Shown: in pieces, positions 19,325 to 30,950 of the stretch
How the letters are laid out: every line of letters begins with the position of its first letter
How positions within the stretch are numbered: the first letter of the stretch is position 1
Origin: Candidatus Moraniibacteriota bacterium
GTDB lineage: Bacteria; Patescibacteriota; Minisyncoccia; Moranbacterales; UBA1568
Assembly (NCBI GenBank): GCA_041910335.1
Contig: JAYRRF010000012.1
Coordinates: forward strand, 3,728-67,727
Direction: 5' to 3'
DNA length: 64,000 bases
The notes under the pieces: model-generated
The model's input: the letters and a program-made list of their open reading frames with translations, nothing else
The model's database searches: none
Told to the model about the DNA's origin: nothing
Made by a program: the position numbers and the translations under genes

Positions 19325-20329
19325 ATGACAGAATCGAGTTTCACGAGAAAGAAAATACAGTCACTGACACTCGGAGAGAAGCTCCGAAAACTACGAGGAG
19401 ACATGCATGTGCCGCTGACTGAGGTAGCGCGCTCTACACGTATTCGAGTTCGCTATCTAGAGTTACTAGAAAGTGGAGAATATGAGAAGCTTCCAGCAGA
19501 TGTCTATGTCAGAGGATTTCTCCGTAACTATGCGAGATTTCTTGGTGTAGACGAGAGCGCTCTCATCAAACTTTACGAAAGAGAGCGCAATATCCAGAGC
19601 AACCTCGGCAATGTCAAAGAAGTAAAGACGCAGTCTTTTAGTTTGCCGACTACTTCTTTCGTGATCACTTCTCGAGCGGTAACGCTGACGGCAGTGGTAC
19701 TACTGTTGGGAGGAGCTTTTGTGTATCTCTACAAGGAATTTTCTCAGTTTGCCGCTGAGCCAGAGTTGGTCATTCTCGAGCCAGTAAGTGGCTTTATCAG
19801 TGAATCAAGTGAAGTGACTTTGCGAGGTAAGACCGAAAAGGGTGCCCGAGTGTCAGTCAACGGAGAAGCAAGCTTTGTCGGAAGTGAAGGAGAATTCAGT
19901 GAAAAGTTGACGCTTCAGCCAGGGGTGAACACCGTCACGGTAGTAGCCATCAATCGTTTTGAAAAATCAAAAACAGAAACGCTTTCAGTCGAGTCACGTT
20001 TTCCAGAGGAGGCGAGTCCTACCTCAGAAGAACTCCAAGAGAAGGCCAGAGAAGATAATAATTTTTTTGTTGAAGTGAAGGCAGAAAAGCAGGTGGATGT
20101 GACTATCACTGCTGACGGAACAATCATTCAGAATGGCCCGATGGAACTTGGTACCAGTAAAAAAGTAGAAGCCAAGAGCGAAATTCTTGTCACTGCGAGT
20201 AATGGCAAGGTAGTGAAGATTAAGCGTGAAAATGGCGAAGAAACATATCTTGGAGAAACCGAAAAACCTGTTAAAGAAGCTGTTTTTACCAAAGATGGTA
20301 GACAAGAAAAACCGACTAGAGTAGAATAA
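19325..20329 (+). CDS. rodZ: RodZ-like HTH membrane protein with Ig-like and DUF4115-like domains
   Basis: LGEKLRKLR...LESGEYEKLPADVYVRGFLRNYARFLG, then TM helix. Confidence 0.75.
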   Translation: MTESSFTRKKIQSLTLGEKLRKLRGDMHVPLTEVARSTRIRVRYLELLESGEYEKLPADVYVRGFLRNYARFLGVDESALIKLYERERNIQSNLGNVKEVKTQSFSLPTTSFVITSRAVTLTAVVLLLGGAFVYLYKEFSQFAAEPELVILEPVSGFISESSEVTLRGKTEKGARVSVNGEASFVGSEGEFSEKLTLQPGVNTVTVVAINRFEKSKTETLSVESRFPEEASPTSEELQEKAREDNNFFVEVKAEKQVDVTITADGTIIQNGPMELGTSKKVEAKSEILVTASNGKVVKIKRENGEETYLGETEKPVKEAVFTKDGRQEKPTRVE

Positions 20330-20385
20330 TAAATGTTTACTGTAATATGTAACTTTATTAAACAAAAGAGTTAATCAATATATTT

Positions 20386-21432
20386 ATGGCGAAGGCAAAA
20401 AAGGAAACAGCAAAAAAGAGTGCGACCGAAAAAAATAAAATTGACAGCGTCCTTGATGTGATTCAGGAAAAGTACGGGGAGGGGATGATGATGAAGCTTG
20501 GAGATGTGCCGAAGGTAGATGTCGAAGCTATCCCAACGGGCGCGCTCTCACTTGATATGGCTTTGGGTATCGGTGGAGTGCCGCGTGGGCGCATCATCGA
20601 AATCTACGGACCAGAGTCCTCAGGTAAGACGACTCTCACCCTCCATATTGTCGCCAATGCTCAGAAAGCTGGCGGAGTAGCTGCCTTCGTCGATGCCGAG
20701 CACGCCCTTGATCCAGAATATGCTAAGCGTATCGGAGTGAATATTAATGACCTTCTTATCTCACAGCCAGATACCGGAGAGCAGGCATTGGATATTGTTG
20801 AGACTCTCGTCCGGTCGAATATGGTAGATGTCATTGTTGTAGACTCAGTCGCAGCCTTGGTGCCTAAGGCTGAAATTGAAGGGGAAATGGGTGATCAGCA
20901 TGTTGGTCGTCAGGCTCGTCTCATGTCACAAGCTCTCCGTAAACTCACTGCTATTATTGCTCAGTCAAATGTAGTCGTTATCTTCATCAATCAGATTCGT
21001 ATGAAGATCGGTGTGATGTTTGGTAATCCCGAGACGACTACTGGAGGACAGGCTCTCAAGTTCTACTCATCCGTTCGTCTAGAAATTCGTCGCAGCGCTC
21101 AGATCAAGAAAGGGGAGGCCATTGTCGGTAACCGTACCAAGGTCAAGGTTGTAAAGAACAAGGTAGCAGCGCCGTTCAAGACTGCTGAGTTTGATATCAT
21201 GTATAACGAAGGTATTTCTTCTGCTGGTGATATCTTGGATACAGGTATTCTCTACCAAGCTATCAAAAAGTCTGGTAACTCTTACACTTTCGGTGAAGAG
21301 AAGCTTGGGGTAGGACGAGAAAATGCGAAGGCCTTTCTCAAAGAGAATCCGAAAGTGATGAAGGAAGTTGAGAAAGCGATTATTAGGCTTTCTAAAGAAG
21401 CTCCCGTTGATATGGGCACTGAAAGTGAGTAA
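20386..21432 (+). CDS. recA: Recombinase RecA
   Basis: [28 protein letters not shown]. Confidence 0.99.
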   Translation: MAKAKKETAKKSATEKNKIDSVLDVIQEKYGEGMMMKLGDVPKVDVEAIPTGALSLDMALGIGGVPRGRIIEIYGPESSGKTTLTLHIVANAQKAGGVAAFVDAEHALDPEYAKRIGVNINDLLISQPDTGEQALDIVETLVRSNMVDVIVVDSVAALVPKAEIEGEMGDQHVGRQARLMSQALRKLTAIIAQSNVVVIFINQIRMKIGVMFGNPETTTGGQALKFYSSVRLEIRRSAQIKKGEAIVGNRTKVKVVKNKVAAPFKTAEFDIMYNEGISSAGDILDTGILYQAIKKSGNSYTFGEEKLGVGRENAKAFLKENPKVMKEVEKAIIRLSKEAPVDMGTESE

Positions 21433-21506
21433 TAAAGAAAGTAGGTCAGAGAAAATACCCCAACATCTCACGTTGGGGTATTTTTGTATGGTATACTGGA
21501 AGAACT

Positions 21507-22808
21507 ATGTTTCTCACAAAAACCAAAAAAATAGCGCAACTGAGTCTTTTCATGGTCATCATGCAGCCGTTTCTTTTGGTAGTGCTGATGCCTACTGTCC
21601 GAGCGGATGAAGTCATCCTCACCGAGGAAGAAAAAGCAGATATTCGTGACAACATTGACGAGATAGAGGCTAAGCTTAAGAAAGAAGAGAAGAAAAAAAA
21701 CCTTCTCCAGAGTGACTTAGCTCAGATTAATGGAAGTCTGAGTGCGACACAGGCTTCTATTGCTCGAGTAGGCAGACTTCTTCAGGAAACAGAGTCGTCT
21801 ATTCAATCCAAAGAACAAGAAGTCCAAAATCTCGAACAGCAGATGATTCTTGATCGACACCTACTACGTTCTCTCTTGCAAGAGATGTACTACTCAGGCA
21901 GCACGCCTCTTATCGAGGTGATGTTGAATGAGAATGACGTGAAGTCAGTATTAGCAACGCATGATAATCTTCTGACGACTCAAGAGAGAGTAGAAGCTTT
22001 GATTCGAGAAATGGATGATGCACAAAATCGTATCACCGAAGAGAAGGCAAGTCTTGAAGACCGAAAAGATGATCATGAAGATTTGCTTGCCGTTCAGAAC
22101 AAGCAGAAGCAGGGCCTCATTCTTGAGCAAAGCGAGACAGCAGGAGACCTCGAGGACCAGGCTACTGTAGTAGCCAAGCTCCAGAAGGAGCTCTCTGAAT
22201 TGCAGGGCGACTTGCAAGTACTTACTGGTAAGTCTTATAACGCAGGTGATATCAAGGAAGCAGTCAACTTTGCGAGTAGTAAGACGGGTGTACCTAAGGG
22301 ATTCCTCTTTGGTGTCCTCAAAATGGAGACAAACCTGGGTAAAAATGTCGGCGGTTGTACGTATGCTCAGGTAGAAAGTGGTGCAGAAGCGAACTATAAG
22401 AAGGGGAAACTCTCTAAGCGAGCATACCAAACCTTCATCAATCGTCGTAAGACTTTTAAGACCATCACAGACGAACTTGACCTTGATTATCGCAAGCAGA
22501 AAGTCTCTTGTAACCCAAGTGGGTATGCGGGAACAGGTGGGGCGATGGGAGTCGCACAGTTCATGCCAGATACCTGGATAGGATACAAGTCCCAAGTAGC
22601 TTCTATGACCGGCCATCGTCCTCCAAGTCCGTGGAATCTCACTGATGGTGTCATGGCCATGGCTCTCAAGCTTGGAGCTGTCCCGGGCGTTAAGGATGGC
22701 AAGGAATCAGCCTATAGACGAGCAGCTGCCGCCTACCTGGGTACGAGTTATGGTCCTTACGTCAATGGTATTATCTACTGGGCAAAGAACTACAAGCAGC
22801 TTATTTAA
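21507..22808 (+). CDS. Secreted coiled-coil lytic murein transglycosylase
   Basis: Signal peptide, long coiled coil, KMETNLG catalytic Glu region, GGAMGVAQFMPDTW, SPWN. Confidence 0.85.
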   Translation: MFLTKTKKIAQLSLFMVIMQPFLLVVLMPTVRADEVILTEEEKADIRDNIDEIEAKLKKEEKKKNLLQSDLAQINGSLSATQASIARVGRLLQETESSIQSKEQEVQNLEQQMILDRHLLRSLLQEMYYSGSTPLIEVMLNENDVKSVLATHDNLLTTQERVEALIREMDDAQNRITEEKASLEDRKDDHEDLLAVQNKQKQGLILEQSETAGDLEDQATVVAKLQKELSELQGDLQVLTGKSYNAGDIKEAVNFASSKTGVPKGFLFGVLKMETNLGKNVGGCTYAQVESGAEANYKKGKLSKRAYQTFINRRKTFKTITDELDLDYRKQKVSCNPSGYAGTGGAMGVAQFMPDTWIGYKSQVASMTGHRPPSPWNLTDGVMAMALKLGAVPGVKDGKESAYRRAAAAYLGTSYGPYVNGIIYWAKNYKQLI

Positions 22809-22822
22809 GACTATTCTTACCC

Positions 22823-22851
22823 TTGCCAAAAGAAAGAATATCTGATACAGT
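22823..22851 (+). promoter_or_regulatory. rpsF operon promoter
   Basis: TTGCCA, 17 bp, TGaTACAGT. Confidence 0.65.
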
Positions 22852-22886
22852 AAGTCCACATTCAAGAAAGTCCGATGTTTTCCCGC

Positions 22887-22906
22887 CCTGAGCTTGTTGA
22901 AGGGAT
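22887..22906 (+). repeat. REP-like short repeat, copy 1
   Basis: CCTGAGCTTGTTGAAGGGAT; 19/20 identical to the reverse complement of 46953-46972. Confidence 0.75.
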
Positions 22907-22995
22907 CAGGAAAACAACATCCGCTCAACGGCTAGGATTTTTCTTTGTTTGAGCGGTTTTTGTTTTAATTAAGCTAATTTTTAGAATATATTTCT

Positions 22996-23493
22996 ATGGT
23001 AGAGTACGAACTCTTTTATCTCGTAGGAGAGACAAAGGATGCAGAGCTTCCTCGCATCAAAGAGGCAGTAGAGAAGATGGTAACCGACGAAGGTGGAACT
23101 TTCTTAGCTCCACAGACTGAAGAAAAGCGTAAACTTGCTTATCAGATCAAGAAAGAAGTGCGTGGTACTTACATTGCCCGACGCTTTACTCTTCCTGATC
23201 ATGATGAGGTAGATGTTGAGACAGTAGAGGTGCACCCAATTACTAAGATCAGTCGTGCCCTGATGCTCTCTAAGGATGTTCTTCGTTTCATCGTTTTGCG
23301 CGCTGATGAGCTTCCAGAATTGAAGGCTATCCCACGAGTAGAGAAGCCAAAAGTAGACGCCAAGGGTGGTCGCTACGAGCGCCGTGGTGCTATGCGGGCA
23401 ATGCCAGAAGCTCCAGTAACCAAAGATGAAGGCGATAAGACTGTTTCTTCAGAGCAAATTGACGCTCAGTTGAAGACGAAACTCGACATCTAA
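22996..23493 (+). CDS. rpsF: 30S ribosomal protein bS6 with long C-terminal extension
   Basis: YELFYL, KRKLAYQIKK, DVLRFIV; rpsF-ssb-rpsR synteny. Confidence 0.9.
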   Translation: MVEYELFYLVGETKDAELPRIKEAVEKMVTDEGGTFLAPQTEEKRKLAYQIKKEVRGTYIARRFTLPDHDEVDVETVEVHPITKISRALMLSKDVLRFIVLRADELPELKAIPRVEKPKVDAKGGRYERRGAMRAMPEAPVTKDEGDKTVSSEQIDAQLKTKLDI

Positions 23494-23519
23494 TTTAATA
23501 AACTTAAATAAAAAAGTTT

Positions 23520-23987
23520 ATGAACGTCAACAAAGTTATTCTGGTTGGTCGCCTCACTCGTGATCCTGAAATCCGTACCACTCCAGCTGGGCAGTCAGTC
23601 GCTACTATTAGTATGGCTACCAACAGTTTTTGGACAGATAAGAGCGGTCAGAAGCAAGACAAAACAGAGTATCACAATGTCGTCTTGTGGGGACGTCAGG
23701 CAGAGATTGCCTCACAGTACCTCACCAAGGGTCAAGAATGTTTCATTGAAGGTCGTCTCCAGACGCGAGCCTACACAGGTAAGGATGGTATCGAGCGACG
23801 CACAACTGAAGTGATTGGTGAGACGATGCAACTCGGAAGTCGCGCTCAGGGGACCTCTGCTGGAGCTTCAAGATCAGCAGTAGCTCCATCATCCGCTCCA
23901 AAAAGTACTCCTGTTGAAGAAGAAATCCCTACGATTAACCTCGATGACGAAAGTGAGGAAATTCGTATCGAAGATGTCCCTTTCTAA
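23520..23987 (+). CDS. ssb: Single-stranded DNA-binding protein
   Basis: NKVILVGRLTRDPE; acidic tail EDVPF. Confidence 0.97.
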   Translation: MNVNKVILVGRLTRDPEIRTTPAGQSVATISMATNSFWTDKSGQKQDKTEYHNVVLWGRQAEIASQYLTKGQECFIEGRLQTRAYTGKDGIERRTTEVIGETMQLGSRAQGTSAGASRSAVAPSSAPKSTPVEEEIPTINLDDESEEIRIEDVPF

Positions 23988-24027
23988 ATTATTTTTTTCA
24001 TTTTTATCTTTTAAATTTTTTGTTTCT

Positions 24028-24222
24028 ATGGATCAGGCAATGTCAAAAAAACTCCAGCATCTGGATTATAAAGATGCGTACTTTCTCCGTCGTTTTTTGA
24101 ACTCACAGGGAAAGATGTACCCACCAAAGCGTCATGGTTTGACCGCGAAAGAACAGCGTCATCTGGCTCAGGCAATTAAGAGAGCCCGATTTATGGCCCT
24201 TGTACCATACGTCATAAAGTAG
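24028..24222 (+). CDS. rpsR: 30S ribosomal protein bS18 (short, zinc-free type)
   Basis: LDYKD, QRHLAQAIKRARFMALVPY; start moved to ATG 24028. Confidence 0.92.
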   Translation: MDQAMSKKLQHLDYKDAYFLRRFLNSQGKMYPPKRHGLTAKEQRHLAQAIKRARFMALVPYVIK

Positions 24223-24292
24223 GTTTAAGTTTAAAGGGTAAAGTTTAAAGTCGAAGAATACTTTACATTTTTAACTTTTAATTTTTACTTAA
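24223..24292. repeat. Degenerate inverted heptamer array
   Basis: GTTTAAG TTTAAAG GGTAAAG TTTAAAG ... CTTTACA TTTTTAA CTTTTAA TTTTTAC; 7-nt periodicity, arms roughly complementary. Confidence 0.6.
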
Positions 24293-24296
24293 AAAA

Positions 24297-24854
24297 ATGT
24301 TAGGAATTACAGAAATAAAAAGTGGCAAGAAAATTGTCCTCAATAATGAGCCATACGAAGTCATTGACTACCTTCATTCAAAGATCGGTCGAGGAGGAGC
24401 AGTACTACGTACAAAGCTCCGTAATCTCAACACTGGAATGGTCTTGGAACAGACTTTCCAGGGTGCTGATAAGATAGAAGAGGCAACAGTCGCTAAGGTA
24501 AAAGCTCAGTTCCTCTATAAGACAGGCGAAAGCTATGAGTTCATGGACAATGAAAGTTATGAGCAGATGACTCTCGATGAGAAAGTACTGGGAGCAAGTA
24601 AAGACTATCTTGTAGAAGGAACAGAAGTAACCCTCCTTACCTGGAATGGTCAACCATTGACGGTCGAGTTGCCAGCCAAGGTGACTCTTCTTGTGACGGA
24701 TGCTCCGCCGGGACTGAAGGGGGATACTGCCTCTGGAGGGGATAAGGTAGTGACAGTTGAAACTGGACTGCAGATCACTACGCCACTTTTCGTGAAATCA
24801 GGTGACAAAATCATTATCAATACCGAAAAAGGCACGTACGTTTCTCGAGGGTAA
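24297..24854 (+). CDS. efp: Elongation factor P
   Basis: KIGRGGA loop, PGLKGDTA, ETGLQITTPLFV. Confidence 0.96.
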   Translation: MLGITEIKSGKKIVLNNEPYEVIDYLHSKIGRGGAVLRTKLRNLNTGMVLEQTFQGADKIEEATVAKVKAQFLYKTGESYEFMDNESYEQMTLDEKVLGASKDYLVEGTEVTLLTWNGQPLTVELPAKVTLLVTDAPPGLKGDTASGGDKVVTVETGLQITTPLFVKSGDKIIINTEKGTYVSRG

Positions 24855-24934
24855 TAAATGGCTCTAGAAAAGCAAAAAAGGTAACTTCTAAGAGTTGCCT
24901 TTTTTCGTTTTTTTTGCTATTCTGGATGAAGTAA

Positions 24935-27410
<2,476 letters not shown>

Positions 27411-27495
27411 GCCTTTTTCTTGACGGATAAGAGGTTCACTGCTAGAATAATGCGACGATAGAGGAGTCTTTGAAATAAAGGGTACTGTATCGAAT

Positions 27496-27822
27496 ATGCC
27501 TATGAAGCTTCCACTTGAAAACCTGCAATCACTCGTTCGCTGTCTGGTGTGTAACAAAAGTCAGCATGTTAAAAAGATGCTGGTTTTGGATGAACAGGAC
27601 AATAAGACTGTCCTCCATGTTGTCTGCGATGACTGTGGAGGGGCCTCTCTGGTGCATCTCTCAGTGGGACAGATGGGAGTAGTCAGTCTCGGTATGATGA
27701 CTGACTTGGAACAAAGTGAGGCCAGAAGACTCTACCAAGGAAAACCTCTTTCTACTGATGATGTCTTCGAAGTACATCGTCTCCTCAAGGAGCACACTGG
27801 AGATATCAATGAATTATTTTAA
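27496..27822 (+). CDS. Zinc-ribbon hypothetical protein
   Basis: CLVC and HVVCDDC motifs; promoter TTGACG-17-TAGAAT at 27420-27448. Confidence 0.7.
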   Translation: MPMKLPLENLQSLVRCLVCNKSQHVKKMLVLDEQDNKTVLHVVCDDCGGASLVHLSVGQMGVVSLGMMTDLEQSEARRLYQGKPLSTDDVFEVHRLLKEHTGDINELF

Positions 27823-27849
27823 ATAACGTCTAATTACAACGGAGCTATT

Positions 27850-28500
27850 ATGAGTCAGCAATATACACTTACTCTTACTAAGAGAGAAAAGTCTTCTACC
27901 AAAGAAATAGAAGGAAAAAGAAAAGAGGGTCTTATCCCAGTTGTTTTGTACAGCCATGGCCAAGAAGCTGAGACTTTTTGGGTCAACTACATTGATTTTT
28001 CTAAAGTTTACAAACTCGCTGGCCAGAGTAGTGTCGTCGCTCTCTCTGTAGGAGCCAAGAAGACGGTTAATGCCATTGTCCAGGAAATCCAGCTTCATCC
28101 TCTCAACACTCGCTTTACCCATGTCGACCTCTATCAAGTACGTATGGATGAGAAACTCGAAGCTCATGTTCCTCTTGTATTCGTCGGAGAATCAAAGGCG
28201 GTGAGAGAGCTCGGAGGTGTATTTGTAAAAACTCTTGAAGAAGTAGAAGTAAGTTGTCTTCCAGCAGACCTGCCACACGAAATCAGCGTTGATATTGCCA
28301 AGATTGCCACTTTCGATGACCATATTCAGATCAAAGACATTGTCCTTCCAAAGGGTGTAGAGATTCTTGGAGAACCAGAGACAGTAGTTGCCCTGGTGGA
28401 TGCTCCAAGAACAGAAGCGGAAATGGCTTCTCTTGATGAAAAGGTGAGCGCTGATGTGAACAAGGTAGAGGGAGTTGTCAAAGAAGCGTCACAGGCCTAG
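27850..28500 (+). CDS. rplY: 50S ribosomal protein bL25/CTC
   Basis: IPVVLYSHG, QLHPLNTRFTHVDLY, CLPADLPHEISVDI. Confidence 0.95.
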   Translation: MSQQYTLTLTKREKSSTKEIEGKRKEGLIPVVLYSHGQEAETFWVNYIDFSKVYKLAGQSSVVALSVGAKKTVNAIVQEIQLHPLNTRFTHVDLYQVRMDEKLEAHVPLVFVGESKAVRELGGVFVKTLEEVEVSCLPADLPHEISVDIAKIATFDDHIQIKDIVLPKGVEILGEPETVVALVDAPRTEAEMASLDEKVSADVNKVEGVVKEASQA

Positions 28501-28504
28501 TATC

Positions 28505-28533
28505 TTGACAGTCAGCATCTTACCAGCTAAGAT
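28505..28533 (+). promoter_or_regulatory. Promoter of stand-alone ncRNA
   Basis: TTGACA (28505-28510), 17 bp, TAAGAT (28528-28533). Confidence 0.75.
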
Positions 28534-28537
28534 GATA

Positions 28538-28655
28538 TTTCATTGACTGGCCTCTACCCAGAGCGTGAAAGAAGGCATCCCTCCTAGCCTTTTTTCGCTG
28601 AAATGGCGTGAAGCTTCGGCTGAGCCCAGCTGTGGGTAGAATCAAGTCAATGAAA
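28538..28655 (+). ncRNA. Unassigned ~118-nt structured RNA
   Basis: Closing stems TTTCATTGACT/AGTCAATGAAA and TCTACCCA/TGGGTAGA plus two internal hairpins; flanked by promoter and terminator; no ORF. Confidence 0.7.
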
Positions 28656-28657
28656 GC

Positions 28658-28685
28658 AAAAACCGCCTATCAAAGGCGGTTTTTT
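28658..28685. terminator. Bidirectional intrinsic terminator
   Basis: AAAAACCGCCT-ATCAA-AGGCGGTTTTTT. Confidence 0.85.
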
Positions 28686-28690
28686 GTTTC

Positions 28691-29236
28691 TTAGGAAAGA
28701 AGATTCTCAATGTGAGTGAAGTGTTCGGTCAGGACTTTCTGTAAGAGAGTTGACTCATCGGAAGTGAACTTACCAAGGACATAGTCATGACTGGGTTGGC
28801 AGGCGCCGAGCACCTCTGCTGGTCTGCCGATACCGACGCGGTATCGTTTGAAGTCTTGGGTACCGAGATGCTCGATAATATCAGTCACTCCATTATGTCC
28901 AGCGGCTCGGGAAGAAAGAGTGACCTTCAGAGCGCCAGGGGCGATATCAAGATCATCATGGATGACGATAAGGTCGCTTGGAGAGGCTTTGTAGAAGTCC
29001 AGTATTTTTTGGACAGCTCTCCCAGAGTCATTCATGAAGAGGGTGGGTTTAGCGAGAATTATCTTCTCCTTCTCGAAGACTCCCTCTGCGAGAGTGGCAA
29101 GGAGTTTACTTTTTTCTTGCCAAGGACTCTCTGGAAAGGCACTTTGGCGGAGAATATCGAGCGCGAGAAAGCCGGCGTTGTGACGAGTGTTTTCGTAGGT
29201 TTTGCCTGGATTACCAAGGCCGATGATTATTTTCAT
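28691..29236 (-). CDS. pth: Peptidyl-tRNA hydrolase
   Basis: GLGNPG, TRHNAGF, KPTLFMNDSG, HDDLD, AGHNG. Confidence 0.97.
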   Translation of the reverse strand: MKIIIGLGNPGKTYENTRHNAGFLALDILRQSAFPESPWQEKSKLLATLAEGVFEKEKIILAKPTLFMNDSGRAVQKILDFYKASPSDLIVIHDDLDIAPGALKVTLSSRAAGHNGVTDIIEHLGTQDFKRYRVGIGRPAEVLGACQPSHDYVLGKFTSDESTLLQKVLTEHFTHIENLLS

Positions 29237-30834
29237 AGTTTTTTGTCAGTGTGTTCGATGATAAGTGGGTCGCCTTCTTTACTGTCAGGGAGGTCATTTT
29301 TTTGGTAAGAGAGATCGTCTGGTAAGAGAGTTTCGGTATCTTTACCGATAACGATAAGAAGATCACTTGTTGATTCAGGTACTTCGAAGGGAAGAGAGAG
29401 AGTCTGCTCTAAAGAGAGCTTCTTTAAAAGGGTGTCCATAGACCATGGCTTGGCACCACCCGCTCTCTCTAAAAGCATACTCTTTTCTGGCCATTCTTGG
29501 TAGCGGGAGACTTTAGCGAGCACAATGCGGTCTTCGTAGCTTTCCTCTAAGACTTCTTTGATTTGTTCTGCCTGACGGTAGTCCTCGGCTCGGTAGAGGA
29601 TGCTGACGGTAGCTTGTTCTTTCTGGAGCGCCTCTTTGCGACGGAGCAGTTGTTCTCGAGAAAAGATAGTTCTACTGACCTCTTGGACTTCTTCCCAGTT
29701 ACCAGTGCGGGGGACAAGCGTGAAAGCTTGGACGCCACCGAGCTCTACGTGAGAGACACGCAGTAAACTCTCTTTCCTCCAGGCATCAATGACAGTAGAT
29801 TCGATATTCTGAGTGTCTATCTTTTTGGCAATAAGGAGAAAGTTTTCCATGTCGCTTAGGGTAGCGTTGGTTTTGACACTCTCGCCAAGAATAGCTAGCA
29901 GGTCAGTGACGGCGTTCATGTTGAAGAGGAGTGAATTGCCAAGGGCTTTTTCACGAAGAGCAGAGAGGACTTGCTGTTGTCTTTTGGCTCGACCGAAGTC
30001 ACCCTCAGGATCGTCGTGGCGTTCGCGGACGTACTTGAGAGCGGTTTTGCCATCGAGCTTCTGCCAACCTTTGTGAAGTTCAAAGGTCTCGTAGCTATAG
30101 TTCTTGCCCGGATAGCGATCGTCATAGATATCACGAGTAACTTCGAGATCTACACCGCCAAAAGTGTCAATGATTTTCTCGAAGCCATCAAAGTCAAGAA
30201 TGAAGGTATACTGAAGACTTTCTCCCGTCACTTGAGTCACGGCTTTTTCGATGAAGGCTGTACCTTGATTTTGTGAGAGACCGTACTGATAGAAAGAATT
30301 AATTTTGCCAGTGAGGTGTTCTTCAGGGAGAGAGACGTAGAGATCACGAGGAAGAGAGATAAGAGCTACTTTGCGCTTGTCGCTGTCGATACTCATGAGG
30401 ATGATGGTATCAGTGAGATTCTGACCCGGGTAGTTTTCACCAGCACGACCCAGGAGCAGGATGTTGATACGGCCATCGTCAGTCTTTTGTAGAGCTGCGA
30501 AGGGATCTTGACCAATGTTTTTGGTCAGGGTGCCTATCTGAGAGAAGAAGGAGGGACTGTCTTTGCTTTTCAGTTGGACGTCGTTTAAGGTTTTGATAAC
30601 GTGAACACCGTAGAAGAGAGTAAGAAGGAGGAAAAGCCCACCCATGATGAGGAGAGCTATGCGAATAGGCTTCCTCCAGAGGAAATACTTTCTTTTGGTA
30701 TAGAGAGGAGTATCTAGCGGAGCAGCTTTCACAGTATCAGGGGCCTTCACTGGCTTTGTGGGCGCAGAAACCGGACGCAGTGGTAGAGGTGGCTTAGAAG
30801 TTATTCTTGATTGTGGGGGACGAATGCTATCCAT
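29233..30834 (-). CDS. LCP (LytR-CpsA-Psr) family glycopolymer transferase
   Basis: TM helix; INILLLG, TDTII, SLPRDLYV, YVRERH, DFGRAKRQQQV; start taken at ATG 30834. Confidence 0.92.
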   Translation of the reverse strand: MDSIRPPQSRITSKPPLPLRPVSAPTKPVKAPDTVKAAPLDTPLYTKRKYFLWRKPIRIALLIMGGLFLLLTLFYGVHVIKTLNDVQLKSKDSPSFFSQIGTLTKNIGQDPFAALQKTDDGRINILLLGRAGENYPGQNLTDTIILMSIDSDKRKVALISLPRDLYVSLPEEHLTGKINSFYQYGLSQNQGTAFIEKAVTQVTGESLQYTFILDFDGFEKIIDTFGGVDLEVTRDIYDDRYPGKNYSYETFELHKGWQKLDGKTALKYVRERHDDPEGDFGRAKRQQQVLSALREKALGNSLLFNMNAVTDLLAILGESVKTNATLSDMENFLLIAKKIDTQNIESTVIDAWRKESLLRVSHVELGGVQAFTLVPRTGNWEEVQEVSRTIFSREQLLRRKEALQKEQATVSILYRAEDYRQAEQIKEVLEESYEDRIVLAKVSRYQEWPEKSMLLERAGGAKPWSMDTLLKKLSLEQTLSLPFEVPESTSDLLIVIGKDTETLLPDDLSYQKNDLPDSKEGDPLIIEHTDKKL

Positions 30835-30950
30835 GACATTTGAGGAGTAAGACGACTCAGTGGAGACTCTTGCAAGGGCAGTCAAAACGTGAGAAAATAG
30901 GATTGTTTATTTTTCTATTGGCTCTGTTAAGCCAATATTAACAACATATT

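Noticed and set aside
20334-20364. TGTTTA...TAAACA inverted repeat upstream of recA as a LexA box
   Set aside because: Long spacer, AT-rich context and no second instance seen; insufficient support
22864-22940. GAAAGTCC resembling the RNase P RNA 5' conserved region
   Set aside because: Region is too short and lacks the other conserved RNase P segments
28538-28655. Assignment of the rplY-downstream RNA as 5S rRNA, SRP RNA or a TPP riboswitch
   Set aside because: Lacks 5S CCGAAC/GAUGGUA, SRP helix-8 and TPP core motifs; no downstream gene on the same strand
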